The position numbers were made by a program, and so were the translations under genes. Of a stretch of DNA of 64,000 nucleotides, positions 44,386 to 53,364 are shown piece by piece (the stretch's first letter is position 1; every line of letters starts with the position of its first letter). This stretch comes from an uncultured Clostridiaceae bacterium. GTDB lineage: Bacteria; Bacillota; Limnochordia; Darwinibacteriales; Darwinibacteriaceae. The DNA is taken from contig CAZAJB010000004.1 in NCBI GenBank assembly GCA_964485345.1, positions 9,758 through 73,757 on the forward strand, given 5' to 3'. Under the pieces are notes generated by a model, which saw nothing but the letters and a program-made list of their open reading frames with translations, made no database searches and had not been told where the DNA came from.

Positions 44386-45462
44386 TTACGCTAAAAAGCG
44401 ACCCTTAATAATCTTGGCCCGTGCAAGCTTTTTCCTTACTTGAACCTGAATTTCTGTATCTGCTTTAGCGTAGGCCACTTCCACATAGCCCATTCCGATA
44501 GGATGGTCGAGGGTGGGGGAATGGGTGCCACTGGTGACAACGCCAATTTCTTCGCCCTCAAGGTTGAGGAGTGGGTAACCCTGACGGGGAATTCCCTTAT
44601 CGAGCATGGTAAATGCAACGAGCTTTCGCTGGACGCCTTCATCCTTTTGCTTCTGAAGAACGTCTCTGCCAACGAAAGACCCTTTATCAAGCTTGATAAA
44701 ACGATTCAGGCCGGCCTCCAAAGGAGTTATATCTTCGCCAATGTCGTTTCCGTAAAGGGGCATTCTGGCTTCGAGACGCAGACTATCACGGGCGCCTAAA
44801 CCAATCGGTTTTACACCGTATTGTTCACCCTTTTGTAGGCATTCATCCCATAATTTTTCGGCTAGGGCGTTGGGAAAGTAAAGCTCAAAGCCATCTTCGC
44901 CGGTGTAACCCGTGCGAGAGACGAGAAGCTTCGTGCCTTCGTATGTAACTTGAATAAAGGTATAGTTTTTCAGTTCAGATAGAGATAGACCGAGAATCTC
45001 TTCAACGAGAGGTGCTGACTTTGGACCCTGCACAGCGATTAGGGTCAGCTCATCACTGAGATCCCGCAGCTCTGTTTCAGGCCGGAGGTTTGCCTTGATC
45101 CAGGCATAGTCTTTCGCTGCATTAGATGCATTGACGACCAACCAAAAACCGTCAGCTGTACGATACACCAGGATATCATCAATAAACCCACCGTTTTCAT
45201 TGGTGAGAGGGCTGTATTGAATTTCACCCTCCTTAAGAACGCTGGCATCGTTGGTGGTAACATAATTTACGGTATCTAGGGCACCCGGGCCGGTCAATTC
45301 GAATTCGCCCATGTGGGTCAAATCGAAAATACCAACCTTCGTCCTCACCGTATTGTGTTCCTCCAAAACCCCAACATACTGTACAGGCATCTCAAACCCT
45401 GCATAGTCCACCATCTTGGCCCCAAGGGCACGGTGTCTAGCTGTTAATGGAGTTTGTTTCAA
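44386..45462 (-). CDS. gcvT: Aminomethyltransferase (glycine cleavage T protein)
   Basis: 358 aa; ...TPLTARHRALGAKMVDYAGFEMPVQY... TTG start with SD AAAGGAGA. Confidence 0.95.
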   Translation of the reverse strand: MKQTPLTARHRALGAKMVDYAGFEMPVQYVGVLEEHNTVRTKVGIFDLTHMGEFELTGPGALDTVNYVTTNDASVLKEGEIQYSPLTNENGGFIDDILVYRTADGFWLVVNASNAAKDYAWIKANLRPETELRDLSDELTLIAVQGPKSAPLVEEILGLSLSELKNYTFIQVTYEGTKLLVSRTGYTGEDGFELYFPNALAEKLWDECLQKGEQYGVKPIGLGARDSLRLEARMPLYGNDIGEDITPLEAGLNRFIKLDKGSFVGRDVLQKQKDEGVQRKLVAFTMLDKGIPRQGYPLLNLEGEEIGVVTSGTHSPTLDHPIGMGYVEVAYAKADTEIQVQVRKKLARAKIIKGRFLA

Positions 45463-45604
45463 CTGTCCATCTCCTTTCTCAATTCTTGGTGATCCTTATC
45501 ATCGGACACTAACTCTTTCTCCATGGGAAACCAGTTTCCTTCTGTCACACATTCTTCTTCTGAGGATATAATATGGGGCAACGATTCGAGTCTGTAAGGG
45601 GGAT

Positions 45605-45618
45605 AAGAACATGTTCTT
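45605..45618. promoter_or_regulatory. Perfect 14-bp palindrome in the gcvT upstream region (possible operator)
   Basis: AAGAACATGTTCTT, about 145 nt upstream of the gcvT start. Confidence 0.25.
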
Positions 45619-45744
45619 GCTCAAGAAGATTATGGATCCCATTCTAAAAGCTCGGCAAAAGACAATGATTCTTATTTGGCATCGCAAACGACGGCGGCCG
45701 GTATAACGCTAATAAACTTCGGCAAGTGGTCTCTAGCTGGGGTT

Positions 45745-45798
45745 TTATCCGTAGTTATGCACAGTATCCACAACCGCTGTGGATAACTATGTGGATAC
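45745..45798. promoter_or_regulatory. Outlying DnaA-box cluster (5 boxes in 54 bp)
   Basis: TTATCCgtA 45745..45753; TTATgCACA 45755..45763; gTATCCACA 45764..45772; TGTGGATAA 45778..45786 (perfect, reverse); TGTGGATAc 45790..45798. Confidence 0.6.
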
Positions 45799-46359
45799 TC
45801 ATCGGCTGAGAAGATAGAAAAGGGCTAGCCCAATTACGATCAGTACAGCCCAACCAACACTCACGATGCGCCGCCTCTTTGGGTTGCGCCGAGTTTCATC
45901 GCGGAATCTATGGCGCTCTGACTTGGACGCTTGTTTCATCAAGTCGACGCCTCGACCGATCTTTCCACTTTTCCTGTACAAGACCCCGAGGTTATGCATG
46001 GCCGTCGGGTTACTTGGATCAAGGGCTAGGGCGCGCTCATAGGCTGCTTTGGCCCGATCTATCCAACCATGCTCGGCATAGATATTGCCGAGGTTCGAGT
46101 GTGCGGTTGCCAGTTGGGAGTCAAGGGCCAGCGCTTGGTTGAAACAGTCTTCGGCCTGCCGCAAATCGTTGCGCCGAGCATAGACGACCCCTAACTTGTT
46201 ATATCCATGGGCATGCTCTGGATCCAATTCTACTACTTTGCGCAGACATTCTTCCGCGGAATCGAGCTCCCAGGCCTCCAAGTGCACTAACGCCTCTTCA
46301 TACAGTTTGTCGACTTCGGGTGTCATCAGGCCACCACCTTCGCTCATAAGTGCTTCCAT
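45799..46359 (-). CDS. TPR-repeat protein with a C-terminal TM anchor
   Basis: 186 aa with about 4 TPR-like repeats (AHGYNKLGVVYARRNDLRQAEDCFNQALALD...) and C-terminal VGWAVLIVIGLALFYLL. Confidence 0.6.
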   Translation of the reverse strand: MEALMSEGGGLMTPEVDKLYEEALVHLEAWELDSAEECLRKVVELDPEHAHGYNKLGVVYARRNDLRQAEDCFNQALALDSQLATAHSNLGNIYAEHGWIDRAKAAYERALALDPSNPTAMHNLGVLYRKSGKIGRGVDLMKQASKSERHRFRDETRRNPKRRRIVSVGWAVLIVIGLALFYLLSR

Positions 46360-46389
46360 TATACCTAAGAGCGTAGGAAATTGCCATCC

Positions 46390-47397
46390 TTATGCCTTCC
46401 GATCAAATAGGAGGATGCGCCCGAGATTGGCTAAGATCCAAAGCCCGGCCAAGCCAAGAATGGGGTAAGCTATCCTAATGAGGGGCCCAAAGCCCAGATG
46501 CGATAGGGCAAGAGAGGCTCCAGTAGCTAAGAGGGTTGCCTTGCCCCAAGTCATGTGTGCCAAGCTCTGCATACGGCTCACCAAGGCCAACAAATGGGCT
46601 AGCGCCGTTGAATACATGGACCCCCAGAGCATGACCTGATAAACTCGTAAAGCGAGGGGCCCCCGGGAAACCACCAGCTCACGCAAGGGAAAGGCCGACT
46701 GCAACCCGTCTTGACCCAGGGTGGAGAGGGCCAAGAAAAGCAGAACCATGCTGGTTCCTAGAACCAGGTTGCCGACCAAGACTGCAATCCAGCGTTCTTT
46801 CTTTGTCTTGAGGTAGGGCTGAACACTGGCCAGGACCGCCAGGGAGAAACCGAGATTATAGGAGGCATAAAGGGTACCAGCATCCAAGGAAGCCCAAGAA
46901 TCCTGGTCAAGCAGGCGCTCGCCTACTCCAGGGAGGTATTCAAAGGTCAAGGCGCAAAGGATGATTACTAGACATGGTGCCAAGTAGGCGCTCACTTTGC
47001 TAACGCCGACGGCCCCTTTATAAAGGGCTGCCAGGATCAGTAGCACCGTACCGAACTGGAGCATAAGCTTGGGTAGCGCAGTAGATCCTTGAGCACCTAT
47101 GCCCGCTAGCATGACGCTGGTTCCGATCAAAAGAAACACGGAATAAAGCCAGTCAAAGGCTTTTGCGACGCTCGGGCCAAAAAGGGAAAAAAGCTCCGCA
47201 TACGAAGAGATGTTGTGTCTGGCGCAAACCTCAAGAATGAGTGCCGTGCCCAGTGTGAGCAGGGAGATGGTCAGGGCGATCCCAGCTAGGCCTTGTTTTC
47301 CGTAGCTTACGAAAAATACGACCAGTTCTTGACCAGAGGCAAATCCAGCCCCAATCATCCCTGCAATGTACAGGGCTATAACGGACCACAAGCTCAC
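46390..47397 (-). CDS. YkvI/YyaD-family membrane protein
   Basis: 335-aa polytopic protein, ...IAGMIGAGFASGQELVVFF... It lies next to yyaC, as yyaD does in B. subtilis. Confidence 0.55.
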   Translation of the reverse strand: MSLWSVIALYIAGMIGAGFASGQELVVFFVSYGKQGLAGIALTISLLTLGTALILEVCARHNISSYAELFSLFGPSVAKAFDWLYSVFLLIGTSVMLAGIGAQGSTALPKLMLQFGTVLLILAALYKGAVGVSKVSAYLAPCLVIILCALTFEYLPGVGERLLDQDSWASLDAGTLYASYNLGFSLAVLASVQPYLKTKKERWIAVLVGNLVLGTSMVLLFLALSTLGQDGLQSAFPLRELVVSRGPLALRVYQVMLWGSMYSTALAHLLALVSRMQSLAHMTWGKATLLATGASLALSHLGFGPLIRIAYPILGLAGLWILANLGRILLFDRKA

Positions 47398-47514
47398 ACC
47401 ACCACCCCCCTAGAGCCTATTCGGGCAGACGGATTGCTATGTGCCGAACTTTTTGTGCATAAACTGTACCAAGGGTGCATAAACTAAGACAAGTTTACTC
47501 CCTGGAGGTGGAGC

Positions 47515-48111
47515 ATGTTTTTTGAATCCGACATAGTGGGACGAACTCATTTTGGTGATCCTTTATCTTCGGCAAATCTCGCGGTGACATTGGCTTCTTT
47601 GCAGTTAAAACCCTATGTAGACATTGTCTGTGTGGGCACAGATCGCTCGACAGGAGACGCTTTAGGCCCCTTCATTGGATCTGCCTTAGTTAAGAGACAA
47701 GAAGAAGGACTCCTACCTAGTAGCGTGGCTGTACACGGAACGATCCACCATCCAGTACACGCCCTTAATCTTGACGAAACAATAGGCCGAATCAACCAAG
47801 ATGGCCGTGAAAGCACGATCATAGCCATCGACGCTTGTTTAGGTAGGGTCAAAAGCATTGGCTACATTTCCGTGAAGAAAGGCCCCTTGCATCCTGGGAC
47901 GGGGGTTAGTAAACAACTCCCAACGGTAGGCCATTACCACATCATCGGTGTTGTGAATGTGGCTGGGTTTATGGAGCATGTGGTATTACAAAACACCCGC
48001 CTTAGCCTAGTGATGCAGATGGCGGATGTTATCACAGAAGCTTTGACAATGTGTTTAGCCAATCATCTTTCCGCAGTGGAGGCAGCTCCTGGCTCCTGGC
48101 AGACGGTTTAG
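47515..48111 (+). CDS. yyaC: Spore protease YyaC (GPR-like)
   Basis: ...VCVGTDRSTGDALGPFIGS...IAIDACLGR...GVVNVAG... It is convergent with spo0J, as in B. subtilis. Confidence 0.7.
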   Translation: MFFESDIVGRTHFGDPLSSANLAVTLASLQLKPYVDIVCVGTDRSTGDALGPFIGSALVKRQEEGLLPSSVAVHGTIHHPVHALNLDETIGRINQDGRESTIIAIDACLGRVKSIGYISVKKGPLHPGTGVSKQLPTVGHYHIIGVVNVAGFMEHVVLQNTRLSLVMQMADVITEALTMCLANHLSAVEAAPGSWQTV

Positions 48112-48130
48112 CAGATATGGACTGTTTCTA

Positions 48131-48158
48131 AAGGAGTGTTCCACGTGGAACACTCCTT
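48131..48158. promoter_or_regulatory. parS: parS site (TGTTCCACGTGGAACA, 48137..48152) embedded in a 28-bp perfect palindrome
   Basis: aaggagTGTTCCACGTGGAACActcctt, located between yyaC and spo0J. It matches the parS consensus tGTTNCACGTGAAACa. Confidence 0.85.
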
Positions 48159-48160
48159 AT

Positions 48161-49000
48161 TTAGATCCTATTCATCATTTCCAGAAGTCTCTCTAGTTCC
48201 TCATCGGAATAGTAGTCTATAGAGATACGTCCAACACCTTTTTTGTAGCTCATGGACACCTTTGTCCCGAAGATGCGTTGCAGATTGTCCTCTAAATCCA
48301 CCAGCTCGGGGCTCTTGATCTTCAGTGTTCCACGTGGAACACCCTTCGGTTTCTTCAGTAGATCCTCTAATTGGCGGACACTGAGGTCTTCCTTGACCAC
48401 CCTGTTAGCCAGCTGTGTGCGCTTTTTCGCATCGCCGACGCCCAAGAGGACTTTGGCATGACCCGTGGATATTCTTCCATCCTGAACCATCTGCTTCTCT
48501 GCATAGCCTAGATTTAAGAGTCGCAAGGAGTTAGCCACAGAAGGGCGCTTCTTACCAACGGCCGTAGCCACTTGATTCTGGGTAAAACTAAACTCGTCTA
48601 TCAACCGCTGGTAACCCTCTGCTTCTTCGATGGGGTTTAGATTCTCCCGCTGCAGATTCTCCACCAAAGCTACCTTCATCATATCGACGTCGTCAAAATC
48701 ACGCACCAGGGCTGGAACTTTCTTGAGACCGGCTAACTCCGCAGCTCGAACCCTGCGTTCACCAGCGATCAATTGGTATTTATCTCCCCGTTCACGCACT
48801 AAAATTGGCTCTAGCAGACCATATTCCCGAATAGAGACTGCCAACTCTTCTAGTTTGTCTGGATCGAAGTGCTCTCTGGGCTGAAAGGGGTTGGCTTGGA
48901 TTTGATCCAAAGCAAGTTCTTCAATCCCAGCTTGACTCCCTGGTTCTTCTATCTCAGGGATTAAGGCCCTCAATCCTTTTCCCAGTCGTTGTGTGCTCAC
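48161..49000 (-). CDS. spo0J: Chromosome partitioning protein ParB/Spo0J
   Basis: LGKGLRALI, ParB box LIAGERRVRAA, an HTH, and a C-terminal dimerisation domain. Its GTG start overlaps the soj stop. Confidence 0.9.
   Translation of the reverse strand: MSTQRLGKGLRALIPEIEEPGSQAGIEELALDQIQANPFQPREHFDPDKLEELAVSIREYGLLEPILVRERGDKYQLIAGERRVRAAELAGLKKVPALVRDFDDVDMMKVALVENLQRENLNPIEEAEGYQRLIDEFSFTQNQVATAVGKKRPSVANSLRLLNLGYAEKQMVQDGRISTGHAKVLLGVGDAKKRTQLANRVVKEDLSVRQLEDLLKKPKGVPRGTLKIKSPELVDLEDNLQRIFGTKVSMSYKKGVGRISIDYYSDEELERLLEMMNRI
48326..48341. promoter_or_regulatory. parS: Second, identical parS site inside the spo0J coding sequence
   Basis: TGTTCCACGTGGAACA, encoding ...GVPRGTL... near the 3' end of spo0J. 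Confidence 0.85.
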
Positions 49001-49761
49001 GAGCCTAACACCTCCCGCGCTAATCTTTCATAGGCTTCGGCTCCCTTGGACTTAGGATCATAGAGGGCAATGGGTTGGCCAAAGCTTGGTGCCTCACCCA
49101 AACGAACATTGCGGGGAATGATCGATTTATAGACGCGAACCGTATTTTGGAAATAGGTCTGCACATCCTCTATAACTTGTTGCGATAGGTTTGTACGCAC
49201 ATCGTACATGGTCATCACAACACCTTCCCACTCCAGGGTCGGGTTTAGGTGCTCCTGCACCATGGCAATGGTACTCACTAATTGGCTAAGACCTTCTAAG
49301 GCATAGTACTCGCATTGAATGGGGACCAAGACGGAGTCTGAGGCAGTTAAGCCATTGACCGTCAAGAGTCCTAGAGAGGGAGGAGCGTCAATCACTACAT
49401 AGTCATAACGATTCCGTACCAGCTCAAGGGCCTTCTTCAAGCGAAACTCCCTGGAGATCGTGGAGACCAACTCAATCTCCGCTCCCGCCAGATCAATGGT
49501 GGCCGGCGCCACGTGAAAGTTCTCAATGGCCGTCGGTTCGATAATGCGTTCAATTTTCTCTCCCTCAATCAAGACCGAGTACATGCACCGATGGACCTTT
49601 CGCTTCTCAATCCCCACTCCACTCGACGCATTCCCTTGGGGGTCTACATCCACCAAAAGGACCCTTTTGCCTGCTAAGGCCAGGTATGCACCTAAGTTCA
49701 CCGCGGTAGTGCTCTTGCCGACTCCGCCTTTTTGATTAATGATGGCAATTACTCTAGCCAT
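48997..49761 (-). CDS. soj: Chromosome partitioning ATPase ParA/Soj
   Basis: MARVIAIINQKGGVGKSTTAVNL (deviant Walker A). I moved the start to ATG 49761. Confidence 0.95.
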   Translation of the reverse strand: MARVIAIINQKGGVGKSTTAVNLGAYLALAGKRVLLVDVDPQGNASSGVGIEKRKVHRCMYSVLIEGEKIERIIEPTAIENFHVAPATIDLAGAEIELVSTISREFRLKKALELVRNRYDYVVIDAPPSLGLLTVNGLTASDSVLVPIQCEYYALEGLSQLVSTIAMVQEHLNPTLEWEGVVMTMYDVRTNLSQQVIEDVQTYFQNTVRVYKSIIPRNVRLGEAPSFGQPIALYDPKSKGAEAYERLAREVLGS

Positions 49762-50635
49762 TTGTCCCACCCCCAATTGGTTTCTTCTTCACTGTGACCA
49801 CAAGCTCATAGACTTCCTCGTCTTCTCGCTCGTCAACTTTGACCACAAGTCCACTAGACTCTAAGGTATCGGTCAGCTGCTTTACACTATTCGTAAAGAG
49901 GCGGAGATCCTTGATGATTAACTTCCGTTTTGGCACCGGTTTATCTCCCTTGACCTTAGGCCTTCCAGGATGAATGAGAGATGTCACCAACTCTTCGGTT
50001 TGCTTGACACTCAAGTCATCCCGAACAATTGTTTGTAAAACTTTCATTTGTTGTTCGGCACTAGCGAGCCGCAGAAGTGCGCGGCTATGTCGCTCACTCA
50101 GCATTTCCCGGGAAATAATCTTCCGAATCTCTGGCGGCAACTTCAGTAAGCGAATCTTGTTGGCGACGTTGGCCTGGCTAACACCAAGCCGAGTCCCGAG
50201 CTCTTCTTGGGTTAGGGAGAATTCCGTCAACAACCTCTCGTAACCTTCTGCAATCTCAAAGACATGGAGGTCACTGCGCTGCAGATTTTCGATCAGCGCC
50301 AGTTCCGCAGCCTCCCGATCTTCCACTTCCCGGATAATAGCAGGGACTACTTCCCAGCCCAGCCTCTTGCAGGCCCTAAGTCGACGCTCGCCGACGATCA
50401 GTTCATAGCCGACTGTCCCCCTACGGACAACCACGGGCTGCAAGAGACCATGGGTCTTAATGGACTCTGCCAATTCTGCCAGAGCTCCTTCGTCAAACCC
50501 CTGCCTCGGCTGGTACTTCCCGGCGCTTACTAAGTGAATTGGAACCGCCTGGACGGCCTCGCTCCAGCTATCAAAGCCTTCGACACTGGGCCCTTCGGAA
50601 CGTTTGCGATTCAAGAGTACCTCTGTCAATTTCAC
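49754..50635 (-). CDS. noc: Nucleoid occlusion protein Noc (ParB paralogue)
   Basis: ParB-like LIVGERRLRA and IENLQR. The C-terminus (DLRLFTNSVKQLTDTLESSGLVVKVDEREDEEVYELVVTV) resembles B. subtilis Noc rather than Spo0J. Order is rsmG-noc-soj-spo0J. Confidence 0.75.
   Translation of the reverse strand: MKLTEVLLNRKRSEGPSVEGFDSWSEAVQAVPIHLVSAGKYQPRQGFDEGALAELAESIKTHGLLQPVVVRRGTVGYELIVGERRLRACKRLGWEVVPAIIREVEDREAAELALIENLQRSDLHVFEIAEGYERLLTEFSLTQEELGTRLGVSQANVANKIRLLKLPPEIRKIISREMLSERHSRALLRLASAEQQMKVLQTIVRDDLSVKQTEELVTSLIHPGRPKVKGDKPVPKRKLIIKDLRLFTNSVKQLTDTLESSGLVVKVDEREDEEVYELVVTVKKKPIGGGTNG
50103..50116. promoter_or_regulatory. Perfect Noc-binding-site (NBS) palindrome inside noc
   Basis: ATTTCCCGGGAAAT. 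The 16-mer tATTTCCCGGGAAATg matches 15/16 of TATTTCCCGGGAAATA. Confidence 0.6.
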
Positions 50636-50754
50636 GGCCTCACCCCATTCCCAATTACTCTTTTAGTTCTGTATCGAAAGCCCAGTTCCTTCCGGCGCGA
50701 GGCAAAACAAAAAGAGCCACCTCACAAAAAAGAGGCAGACTCCGTTGATTGGCA

Positions 50755-51483
50755 CTACAGGGGTTGCTTATTGGGTATCCCCGCTTTTCTCGGGTAGGAG
50801 GGGGGAGTGGGTCTGAGCTTACGAAAGACTAAGAGAGTGCGGGCGCCCATCTCCAAGGGCAGGTCAATATCGAACACTAGTTCTACATCAAGGTTCAGCT
50901 CCTTCATAGCCTGCGAGCTTGCCTTGAGTTCGGCTACGGCTTCGCTCCCCTTGTAGGCCACAAAGCGGCCGCCAACTCTCGTCAGGGGGGTAGCCAACTC
51001 CAAGAGAACCGGGAGATGTGCCACGGCACGGCTTAAAACCAGATCATAGCCCTGCCTATGGGTTTTATCTTGCCCCGCATCCTCAGCTCGCGCATGCAAG
51101 GTACCCAGATTAGTGAGTCCTTGGCTCGTCGCCGTACCCTGCAAGAACCGGAGCCGCTTACGGAGGGAATCCAGGAGGACAAAGGACCACTCTCGCTTGA
51201 CAATGGCCAGCGGAACCCCTGGAAAGCCAGCCCCTGTACCTAGATCAAGGCAGCTAACCGACTGAGGCCACTCCAAACGCAAGACAGCTAGACTATCTAG
51301 GAAATTCTTAATCGCCATTTCCTCCGGCTCCACAATTCTAGTCAGATTCAGCGTCTGGTTCGTCTCGACGACCGATTCTGCAAAGTCGGCAAAAGCGGGG
51401 AGGGAGGGTGTGAACTCCTCTAAATCCCAGGCCTTCAGGCCAGTTTCTAGTGCAGTTTGAAAGACCTCTCGCTCAAAACTCAT
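50755..51483 (-). CDS. rsmG: 16S rRNA (guanine527-N7)-methyltransferase RsmG/GidB
   Basis: SAM-binding [16 protein letters not shown]. Its ATG overlaps the mnmG stop. Confidence 0.9.
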   Translation of the reverse strand: MSFEREVFQTALETGLKAWDLEEFTPSLPAFADFAESVVETNQTLNLTRIVEPEEMAIKNFLDSLAVLRLEWPQSVSCLDLGTGAGFPGVPLAIVKREWSFVLLDSLRKRLRFLQGTATSQGLTNLGTLHARAEDAGQDKTHRQGYDLVLSRAVAHLPVLLELATPLTRVGGRFVAYKGSEAVAELKASSQAMKELNLDVELVFDIDLPLEMGARTLLVFRKLRPTPPSYPRKAGIPNKQPL

Positions 51484-53348
51484 TCTGTGCCCCTCCGATC
51501 TTCTTGTTCAAGATAGATCAGCAAGACGCTAATGTCTGCCGGATTTACGCCGGAGACCCTCGATGCCTGCCCGATGGAGCTAGGCCTAATTTCACCAAGA
51601 CGAGCCGCGGCCTCCCGAGAAAGACCCTTGACTTCATGATAAGGGAGAGCAGGAGGCAGGAGCTTTTTTTCCATCTGTTCAAATCGTTCTATGGCCGACT
51701 CTTGCCTAGCCAGGTAGCCCTGGTATTTCACTTGAATTTCCACTTGCTCTTGAACCAAGGGGGGAAGTTCAGGTAAATCAGTAAAGTGCTGTAGTTCTTG
51801 GTAGGTCAGCTCAGGACGGCGGAGCAAGTCAGCTAAGGTCACCCCATGCTTAAGGGGGGCGGTACCAAGCTCCTGCAACTTGGCATTGACCCGGGGAGTT
51901 CCACCCAGTGTTGTCTTGCTCAAGCGTTCTACCTCACTGGTTATCTGCTCCTGCTTCTCTTGGAAGGCGGCATAACGTTCCTCGCTGATTAACCCTAAAG
52001 AGTAGCCAAGTGGAGTGAGGCGGGCGTCTGCATTGTCCATACGCAAGGACAGGCGATACTCTGAACGCGAAGTCATCATGCGGTAGGGTTCCGTAACACC
52101 CTTGGTAACTAAGTCATCAATGAGAACCCCAATATAACCCTGGGAACGGGGAATCATCACGGGCTCTTCAGCCCTAAGGTAACGACAGGCGTTGATCCCA
52201 GCAAGCATGCCCTGGGCCGCCGCTTCTTCGTAACCGGATGTCCCATTAATCTGGCCAGCCAAGAAGAGGCCAGCTAGATCCTTGCTCTCCAGAGAAGCCC
52301 TGAGGGCCAAGGGATCAATGCAATCGTATTCGATGGCGTAAGCTGGGCGAAGAATCTCTACCTGCTCGAAGCCGGGAATGGTTTTTAGCATCTCTTCTTG
52401 TATGTCATAGGGAAGCGACGTGGAGACACCGCTCAAATAAGCCTCATTTGTTTGCCAACCCTCAGGTTCAATAAAAATCTGGTGGCTGTCGCGACCAGGA
52501 AACTCCACAATCTTACTCTCAATAGAAGGGCAATAGCGGGGGCCGGCCCCAGTAATCGCTCCGCTATACATCGCGGTGCGTCCTAAGTTGTCCCGAATAA
52601 TGCGGTGGGTCTCAGCGGTGGTATACGTGACCCAGCAGGAAACTTGCTCAATATCTAGGCTTTTTGTCTCAAAAGAGAAGCCGGGAATATTGCTATCTCC
52701 AGGGAGTTTCTGCAGCAAGTTGTAGTCCAAGGAACGCAAGTTCACCCGCGGGGGCGTACCTGTCTTGAAGCGCATAACCGGAAGCCACTCAGCCAAGACA
52801 TGGGCTAAAGCCACTGCGGTATGCTGCCCTTGGGGCCCCGACTCATACTGAAGTTCACCGATGTGAACGACGGAGCGGAGGTACGTGCCGGTGGCCAGGA
52901 TCACGGTGGGAGCATGGATCTTCACATCGCCCCGAAGCACCACACCCTGGATGGATCCATTTTCGACGAGGAGATCGGTAACCAGGCCTTCCTTGAGAAA
53001 CACATTCTCTTCTGTTTCCAGAACGCTTTTCATCCGTCTTTGGTAAAGCTTGCGGTCTAGTTGTACCCGGAGGGATTGCACGGCAGGACCGCGCTTGGTG
53101 TTCAGCATCCGCATTTGCATCAGAGTAGCGTCACAGTTCTTGGCCATCTCACCCCCGAGAGCATCGACTTCTCGAACTAACGTAGCTTTGCCTGATCCGC
53201 CAATACTTGGATTACAGGGCAAAAGGGCCACGTTATCCAAATTTAGGGTCAGAATTAAGACCCGATGGCCCATACGGCCCGCGGCTAAAGCCGCTTCGAC
53301 TCCAGCATGTCCGGCCCCGACCACAATTACATCATAACTTTGAGACAT
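51480..53348 (-). CDS. mnmG: tRNA uridine-5-carboxymethylaminomethyl modification enzyme MnmG/GidA
   Basis: [19 protein letters not shown] motif. I moved the start to ATG 53348. Confidence 0.95.
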   Translation of the reverse strand: MSQSYDVIVVGAGHAGVEAALAAGRMGHRVLILTLNLDNVALLPCNPSIGGSGKATLVREVDALGGEMAKNCDATLMQMRMLNTKRGPAVQSLRVQLDRKLYQRRMKSVLETEENVFLKEGLVTDLLVENGSIQGVVLRGDVKIHAPTVILATGTYLRSVVHIGELQYESGPQGQHTAVALAHVLAEWLPVMRFKTGTPPRVNLRSLDYNLLQKLPGDSNIPGFSFETKSLDIEQVSCWVTYTTAETHRIIRDNLGRTAMYSGAITGAGPRYCPSIESKIVEFPGRDSHQIFIEPEGWQTNEAYLSGVSTSLPYDIQEEMLKTIPGFEQVEILRPAYAIEYDCIDPLALRASLESKDLAGLFLAGQINGTSGYEEAAAQGMLAGINACRYLRAEEPVMIPRSQGYIGVLIDDLVTKGVTEPYRMMTSRSEYRLSLRMDNADARLTPLGYSLGLISEERYAAFQEKQEQITSEVERLSKTTLGGTPRVNAKLQELGTAPLKHGVTLADLLRRPELTYQELQHFTDLPELPPLVQEQVEIQVKYQGYLARQESAIERFEQMEKKLLPPALPYHEVKGLSREAAARLGEIRPSSIGQASRVSGVNPADISVLLIYLEQEDRRGTE

Positions 53349-53364
53349 AACGCACCCCTTCCTA

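Noticed and set aside
45566-45600. A tRNA-like or glycine-aptamer-like fragment on the + strand (tggggcaacgattcgagtctgtaaggggg).
   Set aside because: GGGGCAA and TTCGAGTC resemble the glycine-riboswitch core and a T-arm respectively. However, no acceptor, D or anticodon arms and no GGAGAG/CUCAGG partners can be drawn, and the strand is wrong for regulating gcvT.
45605-45618. The palindrome AAGAACATGTTCTT read as a LexA (Cheo) box.
   Set aside because: The Firmicute SOS box is GAAC-N4-GTTC. Here the half-sites are separated by only 2 nt (GAAC-AT-GTTC), and the context (the gcv operon) is not an SOS gene.
49505-49520. A parS-like sequence, ggcgCCACGTGAAAgt, inside soj.
   Set aside because: Only the central 10 bp match and there are 5 mismatches in the flanks. 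The two genuine sites in this window are perfect 16-mers.
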